Positions 30,663 through 41,546 are shown, counted from the stretch's first letter. The stretch is DNA of 64,000 bases from an uncultured Alphaproteobacteria bacterium (GCA_963770985.1 CAVYRR010000009.1:87433-151432); one strand, 5' to 3'. Notes: a model not told the origin generated them from the letters alone. Numbers and translations are program-made.

Positions 30663-32314
30663 ATGACCGAGCTATCTGCCCGCGAGGCGATGGAATTTGA
30701 CGTGGTGATTGTCGGTGCTGGCCCTGCCGGCCTGTCCGCTGCCATTCGCCTCAAACAGATCAATCCTGATATCGCCGTGGTGATCGTGGAGAAGGGCTCC
30801 GAGGTTGGCGCCCATATCCTGTCCGGCGCTGTGATCGATCCGGTCGGGCTCGACCGCCTGCTGCCGGAATGGCGCGGCGAGGACACTCCGGTCAAGACCA
30901 CGGTCAACGAAGATCGCTTTTATTGGCTTTCGGCCGGCGGCGCGCTGCGGCTACCGAATTTCGCGATGCCGCCGCTGATGAACAACCACGGCAATTTCAT
31001 AGTCTCGCTCGGTAATGTCTGCCGCTGGCTGGCGAGCAAGGCGGAAGCGCTCGGGGTCGAGATCTATCCGGGCTTTGCCGCGGCGGAAGTGCTGTTCGAC
31101 GATAACGGCGCGGTCGCCGGCGTCGCCACCGGCGATATGGGCGATCGGCAAGAACGGCGAGCCCAAGGATCAGCTTCACCCGCGGCATGGAGCTGCGCGC
31201 CAAATACACGCTGTTCGCGGAAGGCGCGCGCGGCAATCTCGGCAAGCAGCTGATCGCCAAATTCGGCCTTAGCGACGGGCGCGAGCCGCAGAAATTTGGG
31301 CTCGGCTTGAAGGAGCTTTGGCAGGTAGCGCCCGACAAGCACCGCAAGGGGCTGGTGCAGCATTCGTTCGGCTGGCCACTCGATGGACGGACCGGCGGCG
31401 GTTCGTTTCTCTATCATTTCGACGACAATCTGGTATCGGTCGGCTTCGTGCTGCATCTCAATTACACCAATCCTTATCTGTCGCCGTTCGAGGAATTCCA
31501 GCGCTTCAAGACCCATAAACTGGTGCGCGACACCTTTGCGGGCGGCAAACGCCTGGCCTATGGCGCGCGCGCGCTGACCGAAGGCGGCTACCAATCGGTG
31601 CCCAAGCTCGCGTTCCCGGGCGGGGCGCTAATCGGCTGCGACGCCGGCTTCATGAACGTGCCGCGCATCAAGGGCAGCCACAACGCCATGCTATCGGGCA
31701 TGCTCGCCGCCGAAGCTGTCGCCGCCGCTCTGAGCGGAGGGCATAGTCACGACGAACTAGCCGGTTACGACACCGCTTGGCGCTCCTCGCCGATCGGCAA
31801 GGACTTGTGGAAGGTGCGCAACGCCAAGCCGTTGTGGTCGAAACTCGGGACCTTCGTCGGCATCTCACTCGGCGGTTTCGACATGTGGTGCAACACTTTG
31901 GGTTTCTCATTGTTCGGCACGGTCAAGCACGGCAAACCGGATAGCGCCACGCTCAAGCCGGCGTCGCAATGCAAGCCGATCATCTATCCGAAGCCGGACG
32001 GCACGCTCACCTTCGATCGGCTATCGTCGGTGTACCTGTCCAACACCAATCACGAGGAAGATCAGCCGGTGCATCTGCGCGTGGCGGATTTAAATCTGCA
32101 GAAGACCTCCGAACATGACGTCTTTGCCGGACCGTCTTCGCGCTATTGTCCGGCCGGGGTCTATGAATGGGTGGAGGAAGGCGGGCAGCCCAAATTCGTC
32201 ATCAACGCGCAGAACTGCGTCCACTGCAAAACCTGCGACATCAAGGACCCGAATCAGAACATCACTTGGGTTCCACCGGAAGGCGGTGGCGGCCCCAACT
32301 ATCCAAACATGTGA
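30663..32314 (+). CDS. electron transfer flavoprotein-ubiquinone oxidoreductase (apparent frameshifts near 31143-31170)
   Basis: VGAGPAGL, GAHILSGA, NVPRIKGSHNAM, YCPAGVYE, NCVHCKTCDIKDP. Confidence 0.95.
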
Positions 32315-32484
32315 CCGGCGGGGGTCGGTTCCGGTCACGATGCTGCCACACCTGGGTTCTCAACCTCCTGTCTGAGCGCCGCGACCGCCGTTCTTGCGGG
32401 GGCGGCGCAAAAAGGCCATTCTCGGCTCAACCTCGGCGGTTCGCGCGAAAACCCGCGGTCAATCGCCTCATTGGAGCATCGCCA

Positions 32485-34227
32485 GTGACGTCTTCGAGCC
32501 TCGCCCGGTGCGCTATCGGCACCGCGCTTGCCGCATTCCTGGTGGTGGCGCCGATCGAGCTTGCCGCCCAGGCGCCGGCCGCGCAGGACCTTGCCGGACT
32601 GACCGCCTCGGGGAGCTATCTGGCTGCCCGTCATGCTGGCCAGCAGCGCGACGCCACAGCAGCAGCGGCCTATTACCGCAGCGCGCTCAGGCACGATCCG
32701 AAGAACGGCGATCTGCTCGACCGTACTTTCCTGTCGCTGCTGGTCGACGGCGAAATCGACGATTCCGTGGTTTATGCCGAACGCATCGCGCAAGCTGACA
32801 AGAACGATCGGGTTGCCGAGCTGGTGCTCGGCGTGCATGCGCTCAAGCGTAAACAATTTGCCGCCGCGCGCCGCGATCTGGCGCTGTCGATCCGCGGCCC
32901 GATCACCGATCTGACGGCGACGCTGCTGTCGGCCTGGTCGCTGTACGGGACCGGCGACATAAAAGGCGCGGTGGCGACGATCGACCGGCTCGCCGGACCG
33001 GAATGGTACGCGATCTTCAAGGAGCTGCATGCCGGCATGATCTACGACCTAGCCGGCAACAAGAAGGAAGCGGGAAAACGCTTCGAGCACGCCTACAAGC
33101 TCGATCCCACCGCGCTGCGGGTGGTCGAGGCCTATGGCAGCTGGCTGTCGCGCAGCGCGTCCACCAAACAGGCCCTCGGCATTTTCGAGGCCTTCGACAA
33201 GGTGCTGGCACGCCATCCGTTGGTGGTGGAGGCGATGAATCACCTCAAGTCAGACGAGAAATTGCCCCCGTTGGTGACGACAGCGCAGGCCGGCGCGGCC
33301 GAGGCGCTTTACGGGCTCGGCGCCTCGCTTGGCCGCCGCGGCGGCGAGGATCTTGGACTCGTCTATCTGCAGCTTTCGCTCTATCTCGCGCCCAATCATC
33401 CGCTGGCGCTGCTCTCGCTCGCCGATCTGTATGAATCGCTCAAGAAGCCGGCGCTGGCGATCAAAGCCTATGAGCGCGTTTCCGCAAGTTCACCATTGCA
33501 TCGCAATGCCGCGATCCAGATGGCGTCCAATCTCGATTCGCTCGATCGTTCGGACGAGGCCGAGGAACACCTCGGCGCGCTGATCAAGCAGCACCCGGAC
33601 GATCTCGAAGCGATCATGGCGCTAGGCAACGTGCTGCGCGGGCACAAGAAGTTCGCCGAATGCGCCAACGTCTATTCCAAGGGCGTCGCCACCCTGAAGC
33701 AGCCGGAAAAATCCAATTGGGTGCTCTTCTACTTCCGCGGCATTTGCTACGAGCGCTCCAAGCAGTGGCCGAAGTCGGAAGCCGATCTCAAGAAGGCGCT
33801 CGAATTGTTTCCCGAGCAGCCGCACGTGCTCAATTATCTCGGCTATTCCTGGGTCGATCAGGGCATCAACCTCGACCAGGGCATGGACATGATCAAACGC
33901 GCTGTGCAGCAGCGCCCGGACGACGGCTATATCGTCGACTCGCTGGGCTGGGCCTATTTCCGGATCGCCAATTACGAGGAAGCGGTCAAGCAGCTCGATC
34001 GCGCGATCGAGCTCAAGCCGGAAGACCCGACCATCAACGACCATCTCGGCGACGCCTATTGGCGCGTCGGCCGCGTGCTCGAGGCCAAATTCCAGTGGGC
34101 GCATGCGCGCGATCTCAAGCCCGATCCGGACGATCTGCCGAAGATCGAAGCCAAGCTCAAGAACGGGCTGCCCGAAGAAACGTCGTCGCAAGCCAAGAAC
34201 GGTAAGAAAAGCGGCGATGGAGGCTAG
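32485..34227 (+). CDS. exported tetratricopeptide repeat protein
   Basis: SGSYLAAR, VLNYLGYSW, YIVDSLGWAYF, INDHLGDAYW; sits directly before ispE; start approximate. Confidence 0.9.
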   Translation: MTSSSLARCAIGTALAAFLVVAPIELAAQAPAAQDLAGLTASGSYLAARHAGQQRDATAAAAYYRSALRHDPKNGDLLDRTFLSLLVDGEIDDSVVYAERIAQADKNDRVAELVLGVHALKRKQFAAARRDLALSIRGPITDLTATLLSAWSLYGTGDIKGAVATIDRLAGPEWYAIFKELHAGMIYDLAGNKKEAGKRFEHAYKLDPTALRVVEAYGSWLSRSASTKQALGIFEAFDKVLARHPLVVEAMNHLKSDEKLPPLVTTAQAGAAEALYGLGASLGRRGGEDLGLVYLQLSLYLAPNHPLALLSLADLYESLKKPALAIKAYERVSASSPLHRNAAIQMASNLDSLDRSDEAEEHLGALIKQHPDDLEAIMALGNVLRGHKKFAECANVYSKGVATLKQPEKSNWVLFYFRGICYERSKQWPKSEADLKKALELFPEQPHVLNYLGYSWVDQGINLDQGMDMIKRAVQQRPDDGYIVDSLGWAYFRIANYEEAVKQLDRAIELKPEDPTINDHLGDAYWRVGRVLEAKFQWAHARDLKPDPDDLPKIEAKLKNGLPEETSSQAKNGKKSGDGG

Positions 34228-35134
34228 CGCCTCCATGGCGGTCGTTGAAGCTTCTCTCGTCGACGCGGCGTTCGCCAAGATCAATTTGACATTGCGCGTG
34301 CTCGGCCGCCGTCCCGACGGCTATCACGAGCTCGAAAGCCTGGTCGCCTTCGCCGATGTCGGCGACATGTTGCGGCTGCAGACGGACGCCCCGCTCGCTC
34401 TGGAGGTTGACGGTCCTTACGCCGAGGCCTGCGGCGCGGCAGCCGATAATCTGGTGCTCAAGGCCGCGGCCGCGCTGTCCGCGCGTGTGGAGGGGCTGAG
34501 GCTCGGCCGCTTCGTTCTCACCAAGGAATTGCCGGTCGCCTCCGGCATCGGCGGCGGCTCATCGGACGCGGCTGCAGCGTTGCGTCTGCTCGTCCACGCC
34601 AATCGGCAAATCTTCAGCCGCGTCGATTTCACCGATTTGCGGGTGCAGAGGGCGGCACTCGCCGTTGGCGCCGACGTGCCGGTTTGTCTCTCGTCGCGCG
34701 CGCGCATCATGCGTGGCGTCGGCGAGGAATTGTCGGACCCGCTGGATTTGCCGCGCCTGCCCGCGCTTCTGGTCAATCCGGGAGTGCCATTGTCGACCCG
34801 CGACGTGTTCGCCAGGCTCGGCGGCAAGTTCAGTAAACCGTCATCTGCCGAGGTACCGCGCGACTTCGCGGCCTTGCTCGAATGGCTCGGCCAGCACGGC
34901 AACGATCTCACGCCAAGCGCGATCGCTTGCGTGCCCGTCATCGCCGATGTGCTGAGCGCTTTAAGCGCCTTGCCGGGCGCTCGGCTCGTGCGTATGTCGG
35001 GCTCGGGGCCGACTTGCTTTGCGCTGTTCGCTTCGACCAATGAAGCTGCGGCGGCGGCGCAACGGCTCAAGACCGAACGCAAAGATTGGTGGGTCCATCC
35101 CACCACGCTTGGTTCGCTGGAAAGACGCCCTTGA
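34217..35134 (+). CDS. ispE: 4-diphosphocytidyl-2-C-methyl-D-erythritol kinase
   Basis: AKINLTL..GRRPDGYHELESL, PVASGIGGGSSDAAA, MSGSGPT. Confidence 0.96.
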   Translation: MEASASMAVVEASLVDAAFAKINLTLRVLGRRPDGYHELESLVAFADVGDMLRLQTDAPLALEVDGPYAEACGAAADNLVLKAAAALSARVEGLRLGRFVLTKELPVASGIGGGSSDAAAALRLLVHANRQIFSRVDFTDLRVQRAALAVGADVPVCLSSRARIMRGVGEELSDPLDLPRLPALLVNPGVPLSTRDVFARLGGKFSKPSSAEVPRDFAALLEWLGQHGNDLTPSAIACVPVIADVLSALSALPGARLVRMSGSGPTCFALFASTNEAAAAAQRLKTERKDWWVHPTTLGSLERRP

Positions 35135-35207
35135 AAATGCCCGCTTCGTAGGGGACCGTTGCCGGTCCGGCGATTTTCGGCTGGGCAGCGCGCAGCAGGA
35201 GATGGAA

Positions 35208-35489
35208 ATGAAGTGGATCGTGGTTGCCGTCGCGGCCAGTGTCGCGGCTCTGGGCATCATCGCCGCCGATCCGGCGATGGCGCGCGCCAAGCATCACGCC
35301 AAGGCCCGCTGTGTCGACGGGCCGAAACCGTTCTCCTGGGATTTCATTTGGACGCTGCGGCCCGATCCGCAGCCGAACGGCTGCTCGCCGGCTGCCTACG
35401 ACGTCGGGCGGTTCGTCGGGCAGGACCCCGATCGCAATATCCGTCACCAGTTGCGCCGCGATCCCGACGCCTACTACTGGCCCAAGTGA
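35208..35489 (+). CDS. small exported hypothetical protein
   Basis: Signal peptide MKWIVVAVAASVAALG; C-terminal VGQDPDRNIRHQLRRD; RBS AGGAGA. Confidence 0.75.
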   Translation: MKWIVVAVAASVAALGIIAADPAMARAKHHAKARCVDGPKPFSWDFIWTLRPDPQPNGCSPAAYDVGRFVGQDPDRNIRHQLRRDPDAYYWPK

Positions 35490-35510
35490 CGGACGCGTAA
35501 GCGCACGCCG

Positions 35511-35560
35511 GCGCACGATCCAGAATAGCGGGAACCGGTTTTCGGAAAAGATCTTGCGCG
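35511..35560. repeat. REP-like palindrome (GCATGATC family)
   Basis: GCGCACGATCCAGAATAGCGGGAACCGGTTTTCGGAAAAGATCTTGCGC between convergent genes. Confidence 0.75.
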
Positions 35561-35565
35561 ACTGA

Positions 35566-36576
35566 TCAGTGCGCGCGCGCGATGCAGAAGGCGACCGTTT
35601 CTTCCAGCGCCGTTTTGATCGCGGACGATGGCACCAATGCCAGCGCGTCGGTGGCGATCGAGCCGTAGTGGCGGGCACGCCCGACCGTGTCCTCGATGGC
35701 GTGATGCTTGGCCATGAACGCCATCGCGGCGTCGAGATCGCCGTCGCGGATGTCGCCCTGGCCAAGTGTGCGGTTCCAGAACGTGCGCTCGCTTTCGGTG
35801 CCGCGTCTAAACGATAGCACCACCGGCAAAGTGATCTTGCCCTCGCGGAAATCGTCGCCCACGTTCTTGCCGAGCTTGGCGGATTTGCCGCCGTAGTCGA
35901 GCGCGTCGTCAATCAGCTGGAAGGCGATGCCGAGGTTCATGCCGAACGAACGGCAGGCGGCAAGTTCGGCCTTGTCTTTGCCGGCCAGCGCCGGGCCCAC
36001 CTCGCAAGCGGCGGCGAACAGTTCCGCGGTCTTGGCGCGGATCACCGCCATGTATTCGTCCTCGTTGGTGGCGGTGTTCTTGGCGGCGCCGAGCTGCATC
36101 ACTTCGCCTTCGGCAATCACCGCGGCGGCCGAGGATAGGATATCGAGCGCATGCAGATTGCCGACCTCGACCATCATCTTGAAGGCCTGGCCGAGCAGGA
36201 AATCGCCGACCAGCACGCTGGCCTCGTTGCCCCAGAGCATGCGGGCGGCGAGCTTGCCGCGGCGCATATCGCTCTCGTCGACCACGTCGTCATGCAGCAG
36301 CGTTGCCGTATGCATGAATTCGACCGCGGCGGCGAACTTGATATGGCCGTCGCCGGAGTAACCCGCCAGTTTGGCCATAGCCAGCGTGAGCATCGGCCGC
36401 AGCCGCTTGCCGCCCGAGGAGATCAGATGGTTGGCGACCTCCGGGATCATGGCGACGTCCGACCCGGTCCGCGCCAGGATCGTCGTGTTGACGCGCTCCA
36501 TATCCGGTGCCACCAAATCGGCAAGTTGGGTGAGCGAGGCGCCTTGCGGGCTTTCGAAGGGGACGATGACGGCCAA
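35566..36576 (-). CDS. ispB: octaprenyl/decaprenyl diphosphate synthase
   Basis: GGKRLRP, HDDVVDESDMRRG, FQLIDDALD, GKNVGDDFREGK. Confidence 0.95.
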   Translation of the reverse strand: MAVIVPFESPQGASLTQLADLVAPDMERVNTTILARTGSDVAMIPEVANHLISSGGKRLRPMLTLAMAKLAGYSGDGHIKFAAAVEFMHTATLLHDDVVDESDMRRGKLAARMLWGNEASVLVGDFLLGQAFKMMVEVGNLHALDILSSAAAVIAEGEVMQLGAAKNTATNEDEYMAVIRAKTAELFAAACEVGPALAGKDKAELAACRSFGMNLGIAFQLIDDALDYGGKSAKLGKNVGDDFREGKITLPVVLSFRRGTESERTFWNRTLGQGDIRDGDLDAAMAFMAKHHAIEDTVGRARHYGSIATDALALVPSSAIKTALEETVAFCIARAH

Positions 36577-36693
36577 AATGCTTCTCCGGGGTCGTGACGG
36601 CCGCGAGCATAGAAACGCTATGTTAATGGGGCAAGTGCGTTAAATTGCCGGTTTACGGCAATGTGGCGAGCGGCATGGGCGAGGGGGCAACTA

Positions 36694-37683
36694 TTGGCGA
36701 AACAAATCTCTAAGTCAGCGGCGCACAAGTCCGACGGTTTCGGCCAATATTCGGTCGCCGTGCTGGTGCCTTGCTACAACGAGGAAGTGGCGATCGCCAA
36801 GGTAGTCAAGGACTTCCGCGCCGCGCTGCCCGGTGCCGCGATCTTCGTCTTCGACAACAATTCAGCCGATAATACTGCGGCGGCTGCGCGCGCCGCGGGT
36901 GCCGAGGTTTATCGGGAAAAACACCAGGGCAAGGGCTACGTGGTGCGGCGCATGTTCACCGACGTGGAGGCCGACATCTACGTGCTCGTGGACGGCGATG
37001 CCACTTACGATGCGCCCAGCGCGCGCGCGATGGTCGAGCGGCTGCTTGAGGACCGGCTCGACATGGTGGTCGCCAACCGCATCGACCGCGAGCAGGCGGC
37101 ATACCGCGCCGGTCACCGCACCGGTAACCGGCTGCTCACGTCGTTTGTCGCTTCGGTATTCGGCCCCAGCTTCAATGACATGTTATCCGGCTACCGGGTG
37201 TTCTCGCGGCGCTTCGTGAAGTCCTTTCCGGTGCTCTCGGGCGGCTTCGAGATCGAAACCGAACTCACCATCCACGCGCTTGAGCTGGGTCTGGCGGTGG
37301 CAGAGATCGACACGCCCTATTACGCGCGGCCGAAAGGCTCTGCCTCTAAGCTCAACACTTGGGGCGATGGCTTCCGCATCCTGCGTACCATCGTCAAGCT
37401 CTACCGCGCCGAACGGCCGCTGCCGTTCTTCGGCGCCATCGGCCTAATGCTGGCGATCATCTCGGTCGGCTTTGGCAGCTCAGTCGTCATCACCTATATG
37501 GAAACCGGCTTGGTGCCGCGGCTGCCGACCGCGGTGCTGGCGACTGGGCTGATGATTCTGGCATTTCTTTCCGGCGCGATCGGACTTGTGCTCGACACCG
37601 TGACGCGCGGACGGCGCGAGATGAAGCTGCTTGCTTATCTGGGGCACCGGGCGCCGGGCGAGGAACGCCGGCGGCGCGCATGA
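36694..37683 (+). CDS. GT2 polyprenyl-phosphate glycosyltransferase-like protein
   Basis: VPCYNEE, DNNSAD, VDGDATY, DMLSGYR, two C-terminal TM helices; start uncertain. Confidence 0.88.
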   Translation: MAKQISKSAAHKSDGFGQYSVAVLVPCYNEEVAIAKVVKDFRAALPGAAIFVFDNNSADNTAAAARAAGAEVYREKHQGKGYVVRRMFTDVEADIYVLVDGDATYDAPSARAMVERLLEDRLDMVVANRIDREQAAYRAGHRTGNRLLTSFVASVFGPSFNDMLSGYRVFSRRFVKSFPVLSGGFEIETELTIHALELGLAVAEIDTPYYARPKGSASKLNTWGDGFRILRTIVKLYRAERPLPFFGAIGLMLAIISVGFGSSVVITYMETGLVPRLPTAVLATGLMILAFLSGAIGLVLDTVTRGRREMKLLAYLGHRAPGEERRRRA

Positions 37684-37748
37684 TCCCGAAAAAACCTGTC
37701 CCGGACTGGATTTGGGATGGCAACCGGCTTTCGGGCAAGATCATGCGC
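37677..37748. repeat. REP-like palindrome (GCATGATC family)
   Basis: GCGCATGATCCCGAAAAA...AACCGGCTTTCGGGCAAGATCATGCGC; overlaps the stop codon of the GT2 gene. Confidence 0.8.
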
Positions 37749-37797
37749 CCCGCAAAAGCGTTAAGATGGCAACCCAATATGGTCCGGCTCAGAATTC

Positions 37798-38028
37798 ATG
37801 CGTGAACTCGTTCGCACCAATGACATGGTCCTGGTCTCAGCAGTGGTAGCGCTGCTCGAGGGCGCCGGCATTCGTCCTATGGTGCTCGATCAGAACATGA
37901 GCGTGCTGGAAGGCTCGCTCGGCGTGTTGCCGCGGCGAATTCTGGTCGCCGAAGGGCACGAACTCACCGCACGGCAGATCTTGCAAGACGCCGGGCTCGG
38001 TAAGGAGCTGCGTCCCGATGAGGACTGA
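37798..38028 (+). CDS. DUF2007 domain protein
   Basis: MRELVRTND, LDQNMSVLEGSLGVLPRRILV. Confidence 0.9.
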   Translation: MRELVRTNDMVLVSAVVALLEGAGIRPMVLDQNMSVLEGSLGVLPRRILVAEGHELTARQILQDAGLGKELRPDED

Positions 38029-38782
38029 GGTCCTCGAAACCAGCGAAGACGCCGTGCTTGGCGGCCGGCTGCGCTTGCGCCAGCCGCTGACCGGCCATCG
38101 CGTCGGCCACGATGCGATCCTGCTTGCCGCCGCGACCGGCGGCCGCGCTGGCGAGCATGCGGTCGATCTCGGCGCCGGCGTCGGCTCGGCGGGTCTTGCG
38201 CTGGCGGCGCGGGTGGCCGGGCTCAAGGTCACGCTGGTCGAGATCGATGTCGCGCTATGCGCGCTCGCCTCCAGCAACGCGCAGTTCAACAACATGGCCG
38301 ACCGGGTGAGCGTGATTACTTGCGACGCCGAGGATGCCGGTGCGCTCGCGGTTGCCGGCATTGGCAATGTTGACCGCGTGCTGATGAACCCCCCGTTCCA
38401 CGACGTCACCCGGCAGAACCTGTCGCCCGACCCGCGCCGGCGGCTCGCACACGCGGCGGCGCCTGGTCTGTTGCGGCGCTGGGTTGCGAGTGCCGAGCGT
38501 CTGCTCAAGCCGCAAGGCGTGCTGACGCTGATCTGGCGCGCCGATGCGCTGGCGGAGGTGAAGAGCGCGCTGACTGCTGCGTTCGGCGGTATCGCCGTGC
38601 TGCCGGTTTATCCGCGCCCCGATGCGCCCGCGATCCGTGTGCTGATACGCGCGACGAAATCCGGCGGCGGCGCCGGCGTGACCTATCCCGGCCTCATCCT
38701 CAACGACCAGTACGGCAAGCCGACCGCGGCTGCGGAGGCCGTGCTGCGTGGCGGGGATACGCTGAGTATTACCGAGACCTAA
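38018..38782 (+). CDS. SAM-dependent methyltransferase (TrmN6/YfiC-like)
   Basis: GHRVGHDAILLAA, DLGAGVG, MNPPF. Confidence 0.9.
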   Translation: MRTEVLETSEDAVLGGRLRLRQPLTGHRVGHDAILLAAATGGRAGEHAVDLGAGVGSAGLALAARVAGLKVTLVEIDVALCALASSNAQFNNMADRVSVITCDAEDAGALAVAGIGNVDRVLMNPPFHDVTRQNLSPDPRRRLAHAAAPGLLRRWVASAERLLKPQGVLTLIWRADALAEVKSALTAAFGGIAVLPVYPRPDAPAIRVLIRATKSGGGAGVTYPGLILNDQYGKPTAAAEAVLRGGDTLSITET

Positions 38783-38798
38783 ACGCGGGCCGGTCTGC

Positions 38799-38945
38799 CT
38801 AGGATTTACGCCGCCCCGGCATGAATTCGCGCCAACGCCGGATGACGAGCTGGCGCCGCATGCGGTCGAGATTCTCGTCATTGAGATGCGAAAGCCCAAT
38901 AACGCCGCTGATTAGCAGGAATAAAATGGCTAGTTTGGGATCCAT
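38799..38945 (-). CDS. small membrane-anchored hypothetical protein, 48 aa
   Basis: MDPKLAILFLLISGVIGLSHL...; RBS AAAGAGG upstream; AT-rich upstream region. Confidence 0.55.
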   Translation of the reverse strand: MDPKLAILFLLISGVIGLSHLNDENLDRMRRQLVIRRWREFMPGRRKS

Positions 38946-39147
38946 CGATCCGCCTCTTTCAAGAACCGCCACGATTTGGCGGCGCCTTTCGCATTGCAAA
39001 AACCGTTCCAAACTTAAATATAAGGCAATTAAGGGCATTTCTAGGCCGTTTACGAGAAATATACTGCGGCGCACAAAAAGTTGACCGGCCCGCAATGCCG
39101 CACCGGCAGGCTTTGACTCGGGTTCCAATGATGCCTAACTGGCCGGC

Positions 39148-40053
39148 ATGGCGCCCGCCGCGACCCAACCGATGCCCGACATCCTCAAGCGCACGCTCGA
39201 GCTCCTCAGCAAGCTCATTCCGGCCCGCTTCCGCGCCGACATCCCGGTGGTGCCGGTGGTGCGGCTCGCGGGCGTCATCGGTGTGAGCACGCCGTTGCGG
39301 CCGGGGCTGATGCTGTCCGGCGTTGCCCGCTCGCTGGAGCGCGCGTTTGCGACCCGCAACGCGCGCGCAGTAGCGCTGATCGTCAACTCGCCGGGCGGAT
39401 CTCCGGCGCAGTCGCATCTGATCTTCCGCCGCATCAGGCAATTGGCCGCGGAAAAGAAACTGCCGGTCATCGCCTTCGTCGAGGATGTCGGCGCCTCGGG
39501 CGGCTACATGTTGGCTTGCGCCGCCGATGAAATTATCTGCGACCAATATTCCATCCTCGGCTCGATCGGCGTGGTCGGCGGCTCGTTCGGCTTTCCCAAG
39601 CTCATGGAAAAACTCGGCATCGAGCGCCGGGTCTACACCTCCGGTGAGCGCAAGGTGATGCTCGATCCTTTCCTGCCGGAAAAACCGGAGGACTTGAAGC
39701 GCATCAAGGCGATCCAGAAAGACATCCACGAGCACTTCATTGCTCTGGTCAAGGAACGTCGCGGGAGCAAGCTGAAGAGCAACGACAAGACGTTGTTCTC
39801 CGGCGAGTTCTGGACCGCGCAGACGGCGATCGAGCTCGGACTGGCCGACCGCATCGGCGATCTGCGCTCCACTTTGCGCGAACGCTATGGCGAGAAAGTG
39901 CGCACGCCCTTGATCGCCGCCGAACGCGGCCTGTTCGGCCGCCGCATTTCGAGCCTCGGCTCGCTCGAAACGCTCGCCCGCCAGGACGGCCTCGCCGCCG
40001 ATCTCATCTCGGCGCTGGAGGCGCGCGCGCTGTGGGGGCGGTACGGCCTCTAG
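39148..40053 (+). CDS. S49 family peptidase (SppA/SohB-like)
   Basis: VNSPGGSPAQS, ASGGYMLA, GSIGV, FSGEFW. Confidence 0.93.
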   Translation: MAPAATQPMPDILKRTLELLSKLIPARFRADIPVVPVVRLAGVIGVSTPLRPGLMLSGVARSLERAFATRNARAVALIVNSPGGSPAQSHLIFRRIRQLAAEKKLPVIAFVEDVGASGGYMLACAADEIICDQYSILGSIGVVGGSFGFPKLMEKLGIERRVYTSGERKVMLDPFLPEKPEDLKRIKAIQKDIHEHFIALVKERRGSKLKSNDKTLFSGEFWTAQTAIELGLADRIGDLRSTLRERYGEKVRTPLIAAERGLFGRRISSLGSLETLARQDGLAADLISALEARALWGRYGL

Positions 40054-40056
40054 CGA

Positions 40057-41046
40057 CTATTGCACCGGCTTGTTGCCGAACAACTTCGCCACCGCCGCAA
40101 CCTGTGCTTTCTGCTGCGCGATTGATTTGGCGAATTCCGCCGCGTTGCCGGGACTGACGATCTGCGCGGTGGCGGTCATTTTCTGCACGATCTCAGGATC
40201 CCTAGCGATCGTTTTGATGTCATCGGCGATGCGCTTGCGCACGTCATCCGCTATTCCCGGCGGACCGAATAGGCCCACCAGTCCGTCGAAATCGAGCGAC
40301 GGATAGCCGGCTTCGACCGCCGTCGGAACGTCGGGCAGCGCGGGCGCGCGCTCGTGATTGGTGACGGCCAGCACCTTCACTTTGCCGGCCAGAACCTGCG
40401 GCCGCACGATGGCGTAAGCCGGCATGTAGGCCTGGATGCGCCCTTCCGCGAGGTCTGTGACGGCCGCGACTGGATTCTTGTACGGCACCTTCGCCATGGT
40501 CAGGCCGACGGTATGCAGAAATCCGGCGAACACGAAATCGGTGAAGCCGGTGGCGGTGGTCCAGTTCAATTGACCCGGCTTGGCGCGCGCCAGCGCCTCC
40601 AATTCTTTCAGGGAATTGACGTTCAGCGAGGTCGGGACGCTGACCGCGATGACGGTCTTGGAGATGCGCGCGATCGGAATCAGGTCTTTCGGATCGTAGG
40701 GCAGCTTGTCGTGGAAATAGGGATGTGCGGTGAACGAACTCACCGGCGACACTAACAACACATGATCGTCATGGGCGCCGAGGAAGGCGGTGATGGCGAC
40801 CATGCCGTCGCCGCCCGGACGGTTTTCGACCACGACCGATTGGCCCCAGCGCGCCGACAGCTTGTCGGCGAACAGCCGTGCGCCGATATCGACACCGCTG
40901 CCGGGTCCGAGCGTCACGATGAACCGCACCGGCCGGTTCGGCCATGTCTGCGCGGCGGCGCCGGAAGCGCATATGAGCGGCAGAAGCGCCAGCGATGCGG
41001 CGACCAGCGTGTATAGCGCCCACTTGGCGGTCAAGCGAGTTTTCAT
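40057..41046 (-). CDS. Bug/TctC tripartite tricarboxylate transporter substrate-binding protein
   Basis: WPNRPVRFIV, VVVENRPGG, LPDVPT; no partner permease nearby. Confidence 0.9.
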   Translation of the reverse strand: MKTRLTAKWALYTLVAASLALLPLICASGAAAQTWPNRPVRFIVTLGPGSGVDIGARLFADKLSARWGQSVVVENRPGGDGMVAITAFLGAHDDHVLLVSPVSSFTAHPYFHDKLPYDPKDLIPIARISKTVIAVSVPTSLNVNSLKELEALARAKPGQLNWTTATGFTDFVFAGFLHTVGLTMAKVPYKNPVAAVTDLAEGRIQAYMPAYAIVRPQVLAGKVKVLAVTNHERAPALPDVPTAVEAGYPSLDFDGLVGLFGPPGIADDVRKRIADDIKTIARDPEIVQKMTATAQIVSPGNAAEFAKSIAQQKAQVAAVAKLFGNKPVQ

Positions 41047-41222
41047 TGTTTCCTCCACTCGCCGGCCGGCCATTCATTGGCGATGGCTGTTGTCGGCAAC
41101 TCTAGAATTCGCGCCCCGCGTCATCATAGCTCATCCTCCGCCGACAGGAACGGCCGGTTCAGCCCCGAAAATGCCTTGTTCGCGGTTGAGTTTTCTACTT
41201 AGATGATTGTTCGGAGACGCCG

Positions 41223-41426
41223 ATGCCCCCGATTTTGCTTTCGCCGCTGCTGAAATGGTCGCTTGCCGCTCTGGGCGGCGCCATGGTCGTGCATTGGGCG
41301 ATGAAGGAAGCGCGCCGGATCAACGAGGAACTCGACCAGGCCAAGCGCGCCAAGGTGCGCATTTCCGATCAGGAAAACCGTCCGACGTTGCGGCGTGATC
41401 CGACGACCGGCGAATATCGCCTCTAG
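41223..41426 (+). CDS. small hypothetical protein, 67 aa
   Basis: TM segment followed by KEARRINEEL...TLRRDPTTGEYR; RBS GGAGA. Confidence 0.8.
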   Translation: MPPILLSPLLKWSLAALGGAMVVHWAMKEARRINEELDQAKRAKVRISDQENRPTLRRDPTTGEYRL

Positions 41427-41456
41427 TTTTAGCGATTTCGGGATTGAATGGGCCGC

Positions 41457-41546
41457 TCAGCGGCCGGACACGCGTCGGCCGGCGCTGACCATGGCGCCGA
41501 AAAACAGCGCCGAAAACGCCAGACCAATGAGTTGAAATTCGAACAT
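41457..41546 (-). CDS. candidate 29-aa single-TM small protein
   Basis: MFEFQLIGLAFSALFFGAMVSAGRRVSGR preceded by AGGAGA-cggcg-ATG. Confidence 0.5.
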   Translation of the reverse strand: MFEFQLIGLAFSALFFGAMVSAGRRVSGR

